A DNA stretch of 64,000 bases, from assembly GCA_938018055.1 (NCBI GenBank), contig CALIKL010000009.1, positions 10,147-74,146 on the forward strand. Reading direction: 5' to 3'. Positions 38,433 through 47,411 of the stretch are shown here, piece after piece; positions within the stretch are counted from its first letter, which is position 1; each line of letters begins with the position of its first letter. A program made the position numbers and the translations under genes. The stretch comes from an uncultured bacterium. GTDB lineage: Bacteria; Bacteroidota; Rhodothermia; Rhodothermales; UBA10348. A model generated the notes under the pieces. It was not told where the DNA came from. It was given only the letters and a program-made list of their open reading frames with translations, and ran no database searches.

Positions 38433-39812
38433 TCAGATATTCGAGACGAGCTGCTTGAACTGGTCTCCGCGATCCTCATAGGAGGCGAACATGTCAAGGG
38501 AGGAGCAGGCCGGCGACAGTAGCACCACATCTCCTGACTGGGCCAGGAGGTGGGCCAAGTGGACCGCATCCTTGAGCGTGTCTGCAATGACAGCGTCTTC
38601 AACGTGGGGCGCCAATTGCTGTTGGATGGTCTCGGCAGCTTCTCCGATCGAAATAATCGCTCGGACCCGGTCCTTGACCAGCGGTGCCAGCTTGTGGTAA
38701 TCGTTTCCTTTATCCCGACCGCCGGCAATCAGCACAATCGACTCACTGAAGCTTTCAAGCGCGTACCAGACCGCGTTCACATTTGTGGCTTTGGAGTCGT
38801 TCACATAGCGGACCCCGTCCACTTCGCGCACCGTTTCCAATCGATGGGGTACGCCTTCGAAAGATCGCAGGCTTTCCCTCATAACGTCGCTCCGTACCTC
38901 CACGACACGTGCCGCCACCGCTGCCGCCAGCGAGTTGTACACGTTGTGCCGGCCCCTGAGGGCCAGGTCGTTTGGTTGCATCAGCGTTTCCTCCATGTTG
39001 TCGATGTTCAGCGTGAGGGATCCGTCTTTCAGATATCCCGCTGCATCGGAGTTGTCAGGTGAAGCAGTCTGTTCGGAAGCGCTGATCCCCAGAGCCTGGG
39101 GACCGTCTTCCCAACGGGTGTCCCGGACGAAAGCGGCCAAACGCTCGTCGTCCATTGAGTAGATGAATACATCCTTGCCAGCTTGTCGGCTGCAGATGCG
39201 AAGTTTGCTGGCCGCGTAGCGATCCATATCGAAATCGTAGCGGTCCAGATGGTCCGGTGTGATGTTGAGAATGATGCTCACATCGGGTCGGAAGGAGTCG
39301 ATGAAGTCCAGCTGAAAGCTGGATACTTCCAGGACAACCGTATGCTCAAGTGTGAGCGCATCGATCGTGCTGGAAAACGGGGTGCCGATATTGCCGCAGA
39401 CGGTGGTCGGCCGGCCGGCGGAACGCAGGATGTGGCCGATCAACTCTGTGGTCGTCGTCTTCCCATTCGACCCGGTAATCGCGATGATCTTGGCCGGGCA
39501 GAACCAGCTGGCCAGCTCGATCTCGGAATAGACCGGGATCTGTCGCGCCAGGGCGCCCTGGATTGGAGGCGCACTCGTGGGCACCCCAGGGCTCGTAACG
39601 AGAAAGTCACTCTCGAATACCTGATCCGTATGGCCGCCTTGTTCGATCTCGATATCAACACCGGCCAGGTCCTCCAAAGCACCTGGTGACACGGCTCCGT
39701 ATTCGCTCAGCAGAACCTTGGCGCCGCGAGCAGCGAGCAGCCGAGCAGCGGCAATGCCGCTGCGAGCGGCGCCGAGTACCGTCACTCGTTTGAGAGAGAC
39801 GTCCCGGGCCAT
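38433..39812 (-). CDS. murD: UDP-N-acetylmuramoylalanine--D-glutamate ligase
   Basis: VTVLGAARSGIAAARLL, ITGSNGKTTTTELIGHIL and NDSKATNVNA. The start was trimmed to ATG 39812 (MARDVSLKRV). The track ORF runs to 40067 and would overlap mraY by about 220 nt. Confidence 0.93.
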   Translation of the reverse strand: MARDVSLKRVTVLGAARSGIAAARLLAARGAKVLLSEYGAVSPGALEDLAGVDIEIEQGGHTDQVFESDFLVTSPGVPTSAPPIQGALARQIPVYSEIELASWFCPAKIIAITGSNGKTTTTELIGHILRSAGRPTTVCGNIGTPFSSTIDALTLEHTVVLEVSSFQLDFIDSFRPDVSIILNITPDHLDRYDFDMDRYAASKLRICSRQAGKDVFIYSMDDERLAAFVRDTRWEDGPQALGISASEQTASPDNSDAAGYLKDGSLTLNIDNMEETLMQPNDLALRGRHNVYNSLAAAVAARVVEVRSDVMRESLRSFEGVPHRLETVREVDGVRYVNDSKATNVNAVWYALESFSESIVLIAGGRDKGNDYHKLAPLVKDRVRAIISIGEAAETIQQQLAPHVEDAVIADTLKDAVHLAHLLAQSGDVVLLSPACSSLDMFASYEDRGDQFKQLVSNI

Positions 39813-39844
39813 TCGGAGAGCGCTATGTCTGTCTGTTTGATGCA

Positions 39845-41002
39845 CTAACGAATACGCAAGACGAGCAAGGTGGCAACAACCGTTACGGCCGTGATCAGCC
39901 AGAACCGCAAGACAATTTTCGCTTCGTGCCACCCCTGGGCCTCGTAGTGATGATGGATGGGCGCCATCTTGAAGACGCGCTTGCCTTCCCCATACTTGCG
40001 GCGGGTGTACTTGAAGTACGTGGTCTGAATGATGACCGAGAGGGTCTCCCAGAAGAAGACCGCACACAGTAGCGGAAGCAGCAGCTCCTTTTTGACCATC
40101 AAGGCCATGGTCCCGACCGCCGCACCCAGGGACAGGGCCCCGGTATCCCCCATGAAGACCGACGCTGGATATCCGTTGTACCAGAGAAACCCGAAACAGG
40201 AGGCTGCCAACGCAGCAGCAAACACGGTAAGCTCTCCAGCTCCTGGCAACATCATCTCATTCAGAAAGTCGGAAAAGATGGCGTTCCCGGCGATATAGGC
40301 CAAGGCCGTCAATCCGACCGCCACGATACCGGTTACACCAGCAGCCAATCCGTCGAGCCCATCCGTCAGATTCACAGCGTTGGACAAGGCAGTCAGGATG
40401 AAAATGACGATGGGGATATAGATCACCCAGCCTAAATCGACGCCCGTAAACCAGTGCCGTAGAATGTTGTAGTCGAGGGTCTCGTCCGCCACAAAAGGCA
40501 GGTAGGTCAGCGTCTTTATATCGCTGAACTGTGGGTGGAAATACAGAACCGATCCAACCAGCAGTCCCAGCGTGACTTGACCAATCAATTTGACCCGGGC
40601 GGGCATGCCTGACTTGTCGCGTTTGACCACCTTGATGTAGTCGTCGACGAATCCGAAGACCCCCATCCACGCCGTCGCCAACATGATCAGCCAGACGTAG
40701 ACTTCTCCGATAGCACCCCAGAGCAGCGTGGCTCCCAGAACAGCGATCAATATGATCAGACCACCCATGGACGGTGTGCCCTGCTTGTGGGTGTGATCAA
40801 CGACGCCGGCATGGATGCCTTCCCGTACTTGTTCACCGAGTTGCTTGTGAGCCAGCCACTGGATAATGCGTCGTCCGATGAACAGGGCAATCAGCAGCGC
40901 AGTGATGGCCGCAAGGGCGGCCCGGACGGTGATGTATTCGATCACCTGGAATCCGGGCGGTTCGAATACCGCCTCCAGATAGCGTATGAGGTAGTAGAGC
41001 AT
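39845..41002 (-). CDS. mraY: Phospho-N-acetylmuramoyl-pentapeptide transferase
   Basis: GTPSMGGLIILI, NAVNLTDGLDGLA, VFMGDTGALSLG and APIHHHYE. Confidence 0.96.
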   Translation of the reverse strand: MLYYLIRYLEAVFEPPGFQVIEYITVRAALAAITALLIALFIGRRIIQWLAHKQLGEQVREGIHAGVVDHTHKQGTPSMGGLIILIAVLGATLLWGAIGEVYVWLIMLATAWMGVFGFVDDYIKVVKRDKSGMPARVKLIGQVTLGLLVGSVLYFHPQFSDIKTLTYLPFVADETLDYNILRHWFTGVDLGWVIYIPIVIFILTALSNAVNLTDGLDGLAAGVTGIVAVGLTALAYIAGNAIFSDFLNEMMLPGAGELTVFAAALAASCFGFLWYNGYPASVFMGDTGALSLGAAVGTMALMVKKELLLPLLCAVFFWETLSVIIQTTYFKYTRRKYGEGKRVFKMAPIHHHYEAQGWHEAKIVLRFWLITAVTVVATLLVLRIR

Positions 41003-41028
41003 GGTTCTTGGTTTTCCGACCCGTGGGC

Positions 41029-42546
41029 TTAGTCGGTGTGGGTGTCCGAGGGGGAAATCCCGAATGCATGTCGGGCCTCCTCTCGGTCGTCAAAATGGAT
41101 GGTGCGATCCTCCAGCAGCTGGGTCGTCTCGTGGCCCTTTCCTGCCAGGACGAGTGTGTCCCCGGGTGCCATGTGCGCAGCGGCGTAAGCAATGGCTTCG
41201 AATCGATCAGCCAGCCAGGCGGCCCGATCGGGTTTCTCAAATCCTTCCCGAATGTCATTGAGGATTTCCTCAGGACCTTCCGAGCGCGGATTGTCGCTCG
41301 TGACGATGACCCGATCCGCACAGCGTTCTGCGATAGCACCCATCTGGGGACGTTTGCCGCGATCGCGGTCACCTCCGCAACCAAACAGGCACCATAGTTG
41401 GGCTTGTTGGGATACGGCCGTGCGGGCCGTCATCAACACATTCTCGAGGGCATCCGGTGTGTGGGCATAGTCGATGATCACCGTGCGGCCGTCTTCCGCC
41501 ACCAATTGCTCAAACCGCCCGCGAACGGGTGGACAATGAGCCAGCAGATCCAGCGCTTCATTCGCTTCGAGCCCAAGGGCACGTGCGGCCGCATAGGTCG
41601 CACACAAGTTGAATCCATTGTACGCTCCGGCAAGTCGGAAGCGGCGGTGATCCCCATCAATCTCCAGTGCGAGTCCATCGAGAGACTCATCCGTGATTCG
41701 CCAGGTGAAGTCGGCCTCAGAAGAGCGGTCTTTGTGACCGATGCGCCATACGCGCGCAGGCGTGTCACCCACGATACGCGCGCCATACGGATCGTCCAGG
41801 TTGGTCAAAGCGAAGGCATCTTTCGACAAATCGTCGAACAGCCTTTTCTTGGCCTGCAAATAGTCAGCTTCAGATCCGTGATAGTCCAGGTGGTCGCGGG
41901 ATAGATTCGTGAACACGGCCACATCTATGTCGGGGACGCGAATACGGTATTGATCCAGGGCATGGGAGGACGCTTCGAGGCTGACGTGAGAACAGTTGTT
42001 GCGGCGCATGGCAGCCAGATACGCGTGGAGTCGATCCGGGGAGGGCGTCGTGTGGGAAGCAGTGTGATGCGTGCCCCCGTCGTAGACTTCGGTTGTACCT
42101 ATGAATCCACAGATACGGTCCGATCCTGTGAGCACACGTTTGACGAGTGTCGCCACGGTAGTTTTTCCGTTCGTTCCTGTAACGGCCGTCATGGTCAAGG
42201 CCTGACCGGGATCGGCGTGCAGCAATGACGAAATCTCGAGCCATGCCCGCCTGGAATCGGTAACCTCCAAGAGTGCCGGTTCGCGTGCGGGGGCGGGGCG
42301 TGTGATCGATGCAACATCGTCCACACGCCCCGCCTCACACACGATGGCGGTAGCTCCGTTTGAAACAGCTTTGTCAATGAACAGGTGACCGTCCAGGGAA
42401 GCGCCGCAAATAGCGACGAATCCATCGGTCGGTCCGACCTCCCGACTGTCAGCAGTCAGGCGATCGAAAGTGGTTTCGGGGTCTCCCGTGGAAGAAACCA
42501 GCAGGCCTGCGGCCGAGAGCCGCTCGATGCAGGATGCCAATGTCAT
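41029..42546 (-). CDS. murE: UDP-N-acetylmuramoyl-tripeptide ligase (meso-DAP or Lys adding)
   Basis: AVTGTNGKTTVATL, LEASSHALDQYR, IIDYAHTPDALENVL and DNPRSE. Confidence 0.93.
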   Translation of the reverse strand: MTLASCIERLSAAGLLVSSTGDPETTFDRLTADSREVGPTDGFVAICGASLDGHLFIDKAVSNGATAIVCEAGRVDDVASITRPAPAREPALLEVTDSRRAWLEISSLLHADPGQALTMTAVTGTNGKTTVATLVKRVLTGSDRICGFIGTTEVYDGGTHHTASHTTPSPDRLHAYLAAMRRNNCSHVSLEASSHALDQYRIRVPDIDVAVFTNLSRDHLDYHGSEADYLQAKKRLFDDLSKDAFALTNLDDPYGARIVGDTPARVWRIGHKDRSSEADFTWRITDESLDGLALEIDGDHRRFRLAGAYNGFNLCATYAAARALGLEANEALDLLAHCPPVRGRFEQLVAEDGRTVIIDYAHTPDALENVLMTARTAVSQQAQLWCLFGCGGDRDRGKRPQMGAIAERCADRVIVTSDNPRSEGPEEILNDIREGFEKPDRAAWLADRFEAIAYAAAHMAPGDTLVLAGKGHETTQLLEDRTIHFDDREEARHAFGISPSDTHTD

Positions 42547-42653
42547 GTGGACAGCCGTTCACAAAACTGGAAAGGATTGCTGGATCATCAAGGAAGAATT
42601 CCGAATCATGTGGTTGTCATGGTTTCTGGTTGTTGTGGCAACGCCCGCAGGCC

Positions 42654-44735
42654 TTACCTCAATGTGAGTCGTACCCGGTTTGACAGTGGCGCACCCTGCC
42701 GGGGCGACTGGCTCTTGACCGTGCCGTGGCCATCGAGATCGACCTCGATTCCCAATTCGGTGAGCCACGTCATGGCTTCCCGGCCGGAGAGACCTGTCAA
42801 ATCAGGCATGGAGTGGATCGAATCGATGGCAGACGCCAGTCGAACGGGCATCCCTTGAAGTACTTCTTCGCCGGCGCGGACATTCTGTGTAGCGACGGAC
42901 TTTGTGTAGTCGCGCACATCCCCCGACGTGTTCAGACCGAGAGCCGAAAGACGGCGATCCGCTATCGGGGGTGGCATGCCGGCAACATCCGGAATGGTGA
43001 GTGGAGCTGCTGCTGCGTCGGAGCCAACCGGCCGACCGACAAATTGCGCAACCTCAGGCATGCGCGTCACCCATCGTTGGGTTACTTCCCTGAAAATGGG
43101 AGCCGCCACCACGCCACCGTACATACTCAATTCGGGTTCATCCATGACGATGGCAATGACCACTTGCGGATCTTCTACCGGCCAGAATCCAACAAAGGTG
43201 GCGCGGTAGGCTCCTTGGATGTAACCTCCGTTCCCCGCCTTGCGAGCCGTGCCGGTCTTACCTGCGATGCGTAGCCCATCGACCATGGCTTGCTCTGCCG
43301 TCCCTTCTTCCGAGACGACCGTCTCAAACGCTTTCGTGAGCGTATCGGCCGTGGCTCGACTGAATACGCGGCGAACCGAATCCGGCGAGGCCTGCCACGT
43401 GATGCGACCGAACGAATCCCGGCGTTCGCGAACCACATACGGCTTCATGAGGACACCACCATTGGCCAGTGCACCGTATGCCAGTGCAATTTGCAACGGA
43501 GTAGCCTGCATCGCGTAGCCACGGCTCATCGCCGACTTGTCTGTCGCCGACCATGTATCTGCCCGCTTGACCCTCGTATTGGCCTCGCCCGGCAGTTCGA
43601 TACCGGTCCGCTGATTGAAGCCGAACTGCCGCACGTACTGATACATCAGCCCATCCGACATTTCGCGGGCCACGAGGGCCGTACCAACGTTGCTCGAGAG
43701 CTTGATGACATCCGAGAACGTGATGGTACCTTTTTCGTGCGTATCGCTGATAAGGAACCGTCCTTCACGCAGCGTTCCATCACCGATCTCGATCGAGTCC
43801 TGCAACGAAATCAGACCGTGCTCGACGGCTGCTGCTGCCGGTACCACTTTGATGACGGAGCCTGGCTCAATCACGTCATTGATGACGTGGTTGCGTCGCG
43901 CCGAGAGGGGATAAGCTCCCACCTGATTGGGGTCGAAGGTTGGCCAATTTGCCAAGGCCAGGATTGCACCCGTGCTCGGATCCAAGGCGACGGCTGCCGC
44001 CCAGTTCGGATTCGCGCGGGCAACGCCCTTGGCCAGCTCCTGCTCCAGAATGGATTGCAGAACGAGGTCGATGGTCAAGTGCAGCGATTCGCCGTGGACG
44101 GGCGGGCGCTCTTCGTTGCCCGGCATGAACTTGACGCGGTTCCTTCGATCTTTCTTCAGCAACATTCGCCCGTCAATACCACGAAGCACTTCGTCGAACT
44201 GGGACTCCAGCCCTTCGATGCCTCCGTCCGTCCCAGTCGCTCCCAGGACATGGGCGGCGGCTGATCCGTGGTTGTATCGCCGAGTCGTAGAGCCGGTAGG
44301 CAACACGCCAGGAACGGATGCAAACCATTCCAACTCAGCGCCCGACATCTGTACGTCCCGGGCCAGCATCACATACTGCCTACTGGACCGGTTTCGCACA
44401 TTGGAACGCAGTCTTGTTTCCGGAATACCGGAAACCTGTGACAACCTGTCAAAGAACATTGCGGACATGTCGCCAAATCCCGATTCGGTCGGGTCCAGCG
44501 CGAGGTCCACTCGCTCGATGTTGACGGCCAAAGGGCGGCCGGCGGCATCGAATATTTCACCTCGAATGGCCGGTATGTCCCGGTATTCTGAGGATTGGGT
44601 CTCTACAACGTCTCTCAGATCACTTCCATCAATAGCGGCAAGACGTAGTACCTGCAGACCGATCAGGATCGGTAACAGGGCCATCAATGTGATGACCACG
44701 TACATGCGTGCCAGTATCTGATCTTTCAGCTCCAT
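42654..44735 (-). CDS. ftsI: Penicillin-binding protein 3 (FtsI) with C-terminal PASTA domain
   Basis: N-terminal TM anchor, transpeptidase motifs (SVIK, SSN, KTGTA) and a C-terminal MPDLTGLSGREAMTWLTELGIEVDLDGHGTVKSQSP that looks like a PASTA module. Confidence 0.9.
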   Translation of the reverse strand: MELKDQILARMYVVITLMALLPILIGLQVLRLAAIDGSDLRDVVETQSSEYRDIPAIRGEIFDAAGRPLAVNIERVDLALDPTESGFGDMSAMFFDRLSQVSGIPETRLRSNVRNRSSRQYVMLARDVQMSGAELEWFASVPGVLPTGSTTRRYNHGSAAAHVLGATGTDGGIEGLESQFDEVLRGIDGRMLLKKDRRNRVKFMPGNEERPPVHGESLHLTIDLVLQSILEQELAKGVARANPNWAAAVALDPSTGAILALANWPTFDPNQVGAYPLSARRNHVINDVIEPGSVIKVVPAAAAVEHGLISLQDSIEIGDGTLREGRFLISDTHEKGTITFSDVIKLSSNVGTALVAREMSDGLMYQYVRQFGFNQRTGIELPGEANTRVKRADTWSATDKSAMSRGYAMQATPLQIALAYGALANGGVLMKPYVVRERRDSFGRITWQASPDSVRRVFSRATADTLTKAFETVVSEEGTAEQAMVDGLRIAGKTGTARKAGNGGYIQGAYRATFVGFWPVEDPQVVIAIVMDEPELSMYGGVVAAPIFREVTQRWVTRMPEVAQFVGRPVGSDAAAAPLTIPDVAGMPPPIADRRLSALGLNTSGDVRDYTKSVATQNVRAGEEVLQGMPVRLASAIDSIHSMPDLTGLSGREAMTWLTELGIEVDLDGHGTVKSQSPRQGAPLSNRVRLTLR

Positions 44736-44803
44736 GGAGGCGCGATCCGGAATCGCATTCTGTCGATAGTGTAAGCGGGTTGGTGAGTCTATTCAGTTCG
44801 TAG

Positions 44804-45439
44804 TCACGGTATCTGGATTGGGGGCCCTTCCTGAAGTTGGTCCTGAAGACCCAAGTCGCGAGCTGCCGCGAACACCTCTTCAGGGCCGGTGACCCGGTGG
44901 TATTCCCCTTCCAGTTTGTCAAATGTCATTTCCAATGCCAGCTGTTCATTGCGCAACTGCTGCACATCCGTGAGCAGATCCTGAGTTGCAAAAACATGAC
45001 CGACGTAAAGAGTAAAGAGTGTTGCGACCGCCAGAATGATCACAACGAATCGGGCGGTCGACATGGCATCAAGCCAGGTGTCAGATGCCGCGCGTGGCAT
45101 ATCCTTTGAAGCGTTCGAATCGGCGAGTTCGCGCCAGCCTGGAAGGGCTCCTGAGTCGAGGCGCTTCGAGGTGGTGGAAGCAACCGCTTTTCGGGATGCT
45201 GGCTTCCGGGAGCTTGTCTTCTTGCCGGACGTGCGAGCGGCTGCGGAAGACGTGCTTTTGCGGGGCTTTTGGGGGGCAGGAGAAGCTTTCCTCGCATTCG
45301 CCGTCACGGTACGCTTCCGACTCGTGGAGGCGGACGATTTTTTGGAGGATGCGGATGAGGAGCCCTTGACGAAGCGCACGGGTTTCTTCGCCCGCGATGC
45401 GGTCGTCGAAGAAGGTTTCCGTTTTTTCGATGATGCCAT
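44804..45439 (-). CDS. ftsL: FtsL-like division protein with long basic Ser/Lys/Arg-rich N-terminal tail
   Basis: It holds the canonical ftsL position between rsmH and ftsI. TM helix FVVIILAVATLFTLYVGHVF followed by a coiled-coil-like segment LLTDVQQLRNEQLALEMTFDKLEGEY. The first roughly 95 residues are KR/S/T/A-rich. The start lies 17 nt after the rsmH stop. Confidence 0.75.
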   Translation of the reverse strand: MASSKKRKPSSTTASRAKKPVRFVKGSSSASSKKSSASTSRKRTVTANARKASPAPQKPRKSTSSAAARTSGKKTSSRKPASRKAVASTTSKRLDSGALPGWRELADSNASKDMPRAASDTWLDAMSTARFVVIILAVATLFTLYVGHVFATQDLLTDVQQLRNEQLALEMTFDKLEGEYHRVTGPEEVFAAARDLGLQDQLQEGPPIQIP

Positions 45440-45456
45440 TGTCGAATGGTCCGCGG

Positions 45457-46443
45457 TCAGATAATCTGGCCTGCACTTTGGTTATGGTCATCCACCCGTT
45501 CCGCGACACGCAATCGCGCGCTGCGACTTCGGGGATTCACCTCGATCTCCTCTTCGCCTGCCGAGACCGGTTTGCGAGTGACTTCGCGCCAGGGCGAAAG
45601 TCGATTTCCGAATACATCACGGCGCACATTACCGTCAGGATGGCCGCTGCGCATGATCCGCTTGACCCGGCGATCCTCAAGCGAGTGATAGCTGATGATC
45701 GACAAGCGGCCTCCGGGTGCAATCAGGTTCGGCGCCTTTGCCAGAATCCGATCAAGGGATTCGAGCTCATCGTTTACGGCTATCCGAAGCGCCTGGAAAA
45801 CCCGGGCGAGCGTCTTCTTTTCCTGGCCGCGTGGCGCCGCGTCTTCGACGATGCTCGTCAGCTTGCCGGTCGTCGTAATGGGACGGGCATCGATGAGCGC
45901 GTGTGCGATACGAGGGGCCTTCGGTTCTTCTCCGTACCGGGACAGAAGACGGATCAAATCGCCTACGTCGAGGCGGTTGACCAGATCTGCGGCGTCTTCT
46001 CCTTGGTCCTGATCCATGCGCATGTCCAGGGGCGCATCGAACCGGTGGCTGAAGCCGCGGCCAGCGGCATCGAACTGATGAGAAGACACGCCCAAATCCA
46101 ACAGCATGCCGTGTATGGTGCTTGCACCATGGTCGGCCAGAAGCTGATCGGCATCAGCGAAATTACCCTTGAGGAGAACAAGACGACCGCGCTCAATTTC
46201 TGGAGCCAGCCGCTCACCCGCCGCCTTCAAGGCATCGTCGTCCCGATCGATAGCAAAGACACGACCTTCGGGAGCCAGCGCTTCAAGCAGGGCTTCCGTG
46301 TGACCTCCGCCACCCAGCGTTCCATCCACGTACGTTCCAACAGGGTCGGTTACGAGGGTTTGGATGACATCATTCCAAAGAACAGGCGCGTGATAGCCCG
46401 AAGCATGTTTCAATAAGTGCCCCGAATCATCACGCGCATTCAC
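45457..46443 (-). CDS. rsmH: 16S rRNA (cytosine1402-N4)-methyltransferase
   Basis: HAPVLWNDV, DGTLGGGGH, DLGVSSHQFD and ISYHSLEDRRVK are hallmark RsmH/MraW motifs. Confidence 0.95.
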   Translation of the reverse strand: MNARDDSGHLLKHASGYHAPVLWNDVIQTLVTDPVGTYVDGTLGGGGHTEALLEALAPEGRVFAIDRDDDALKAAGERLAPEIERGRLVLLKGNFADADQLLADHGASTIHGMLLDLGVSSHQFDAAGRGFSHRFDAPLDMRMDQDQGEDAADLVNRLDVGDLIRLLSRYGEEPKAPRIAHALIDARPITTTGKLTSIVEDAAPRGQEKKTLARVFQALRIAVNDELESLDRILAKAPNLIAPGGRLSIISYHSLEDRRVKRIMRSGHPDGNVRRDVFGNRLSPWREVTRKPVSAGEEEIEVNPRSRSARLRVAERVDDHNQSAGQII

Positions 46444-46474
46444 ATTGTTTCCGTTTTTTGCCTTGCCGACGTGG

Positions 46475-46918
46475 TCAGAACCCCATGACTTCTTCTGCCA
46501 GGGACTCCTGATCCATTGTCTGCTCTTGCAGGTATGCTTCGAAAGCTTCCGGATCCCATATCTCTATGCGATCCATGGCCCCGATAATGAGAGCCCGATC
46601 CCCGATACCGGCATAGTCCGCAAGGGACCGCGGAAGCGAAATGCGCCCCTGTCCGTCAAGTGACACCTCTTCAGCCCACATCAGGATCATCCTCACCAGA
46701 TGCCGGGCCTTGCGGTTGTTGACGTTCAGCTGCGAATACTCATCTTCCTTGACCTTCCACCCATCCTGCGGATAAGCGTAGATGCATTTCTCAAAGCCTT
46801 TCGTCAGGGTAAACGTCCCCTGGGCTTCCGGCGTCAATGCATTTCGCATTTTTGCCGGAATGGCAACCCGTCCTTTCGCGTCGACGGAGTACGCTGCCTG
46901 TCCCTTGAAACGTGCCAT
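46475..46918 (-). CDS. mraZ: Transcriptional regulator MraZ
   Basis: Two SpoVT/AbrB-like halves with DAKGRVAIPAKMR and DGQGRISLPRSL. The start was trimmed to ATG 46918 (MARFKGQAAYSVD); the track ORF begins at 46984. Confidence 0.93.
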   Translation of the reverse strand: MARFKGQAAYSVDAKGRVAIPAKMRNALTPEAQGTFTLTKGFEKCIYAYPQDGWKVKEDEYSQLNVNNRKARHLVRMILMWAEEVSLDGQGRISLPRSLADYAGIGDRALIIGAMDRIEIWDPEAFEAYLQEQTMDQESLAEEVMGF

Positions 46919-47017
46919 GAGTGAGGATTGAAACGTGCACCCGGGGTCGTAGTACCGTTTACAATGCCGACGTGCGTACACCACGGGTGCCCGCCCAGCG
47001 ACATCAGTTCAGGAATC

Positions 47018-47059
47018 GTGGGGAATTCAGTGGTGGGAAAACTCCCCACTTTTCCCCAC
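47018..47059. promoter_or_regulatory. Dyad of four GTGGGGA-type boxes (candidate MraZ operator) just downstream of the candidate mraZ promoter
   Basis: Plus strand: GTGGGGAA (47018) and GTGGGAAA (47033). Minus strand: GTGGGGA (47049..47043) and GTGGGGAA (47059..47052). The two on the mraZ coding strand are 10 nt apart, as expected for MraZ TGGGN/GTGGG direct repeats. Confidence 0.45.
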
Positions 47060-47068
47060 TTTCCCGTT

Positions 47069-47096
47069 AATGTACGGTTTTCGGTCCGAAAGTCAA
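47069..47096 (-). promoter_or_regulatory. Candidate sigma70-like promoter of the dcw operon
   Basis: The minus strand reads TTGACT (47096..47091), a 16-nt spacer, then TACATT (47074..47069). The GTGGGGA boxes start about 10 nt downstream. Whether this lineage uses this promoter type is unknown. Confidence 0.35.
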
Positions 47097-47154
47097 GCAA
47101 AAACGGCTATCCAACCATGCTCAGAATCGGCGTTTTTGACCCATTCTGAAGCGA

Positions 47155-47217
47155 TGTGGAGAATGGTGGGGAATATGTGGAGAAGGTGGGGAGGATTGTG
47201 GATAACCGTGGTTTTGG
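47155..47217 (+). repeat. Three tandem 21-bp units, each TGTGGA(G/T)AA + GTGG box
   Basis: Units are TGTGGAGAATGGTGGGGAATA, TGTGGAGAAGGTGGGGAGGAT and TGTGGATAACCGTGGTTTTGG, starting at 47155, 47176 and 47197 (exact 21-bp phasing). GTGG cores recur every 9 to 12 bp. TGTGGATAA (47197..47205) is the exact complement of the DnaA box TTATCCACA. Confidence 0.8.
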
Positions 47218-47411
47218 ATGAGCAAAAGCCCCTAACCTGTTGATTCACATGTGTTTGAATTCGGAGTACCCTCCCCATTTGCGCCAGAACGAAGATTTCG
47301 TTTTGCGAGAGGCTCCGAGCGAAGTCACGTTGTATTGGCTGTTTGATCGGGCAGAATTTGCACCTACCTTTTTTCATTATTCCATCAAGCCCCCCCCTTC
47401 CCATCACTCCT

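Noticed and set aside
39813-40067. N-terminal extension of the murD ORF (track start 40067)
   Set aside because: It would overlap mraY by about 220 nt. The conserved MurD N-terminus (VTVLGAARSG) follows ATG 39812 directly.
43290-44264. 324-aa plus-strand ORF
   Set aside because: It lies entirely antisense to ftsI, whose product has unmistakable PBP motifs. Its translation is Arg/Gly/His-rich with no recognisable domain. This is a typical stop-poor antisense frame of GC-rich coding DNA.
45397-46416. 339-aa plus-strand ORF
   Set aside because: It is antisense to rsmH and ftsL, has no motifs, and has the same GC-rich antisense artefact character.
47155-47217. Possible CRISPR-like or minisatellite array
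   Set aside because: There are only three 21-bp units with no spacers and no cas genes. They are better explained as phased protein-binding sites.
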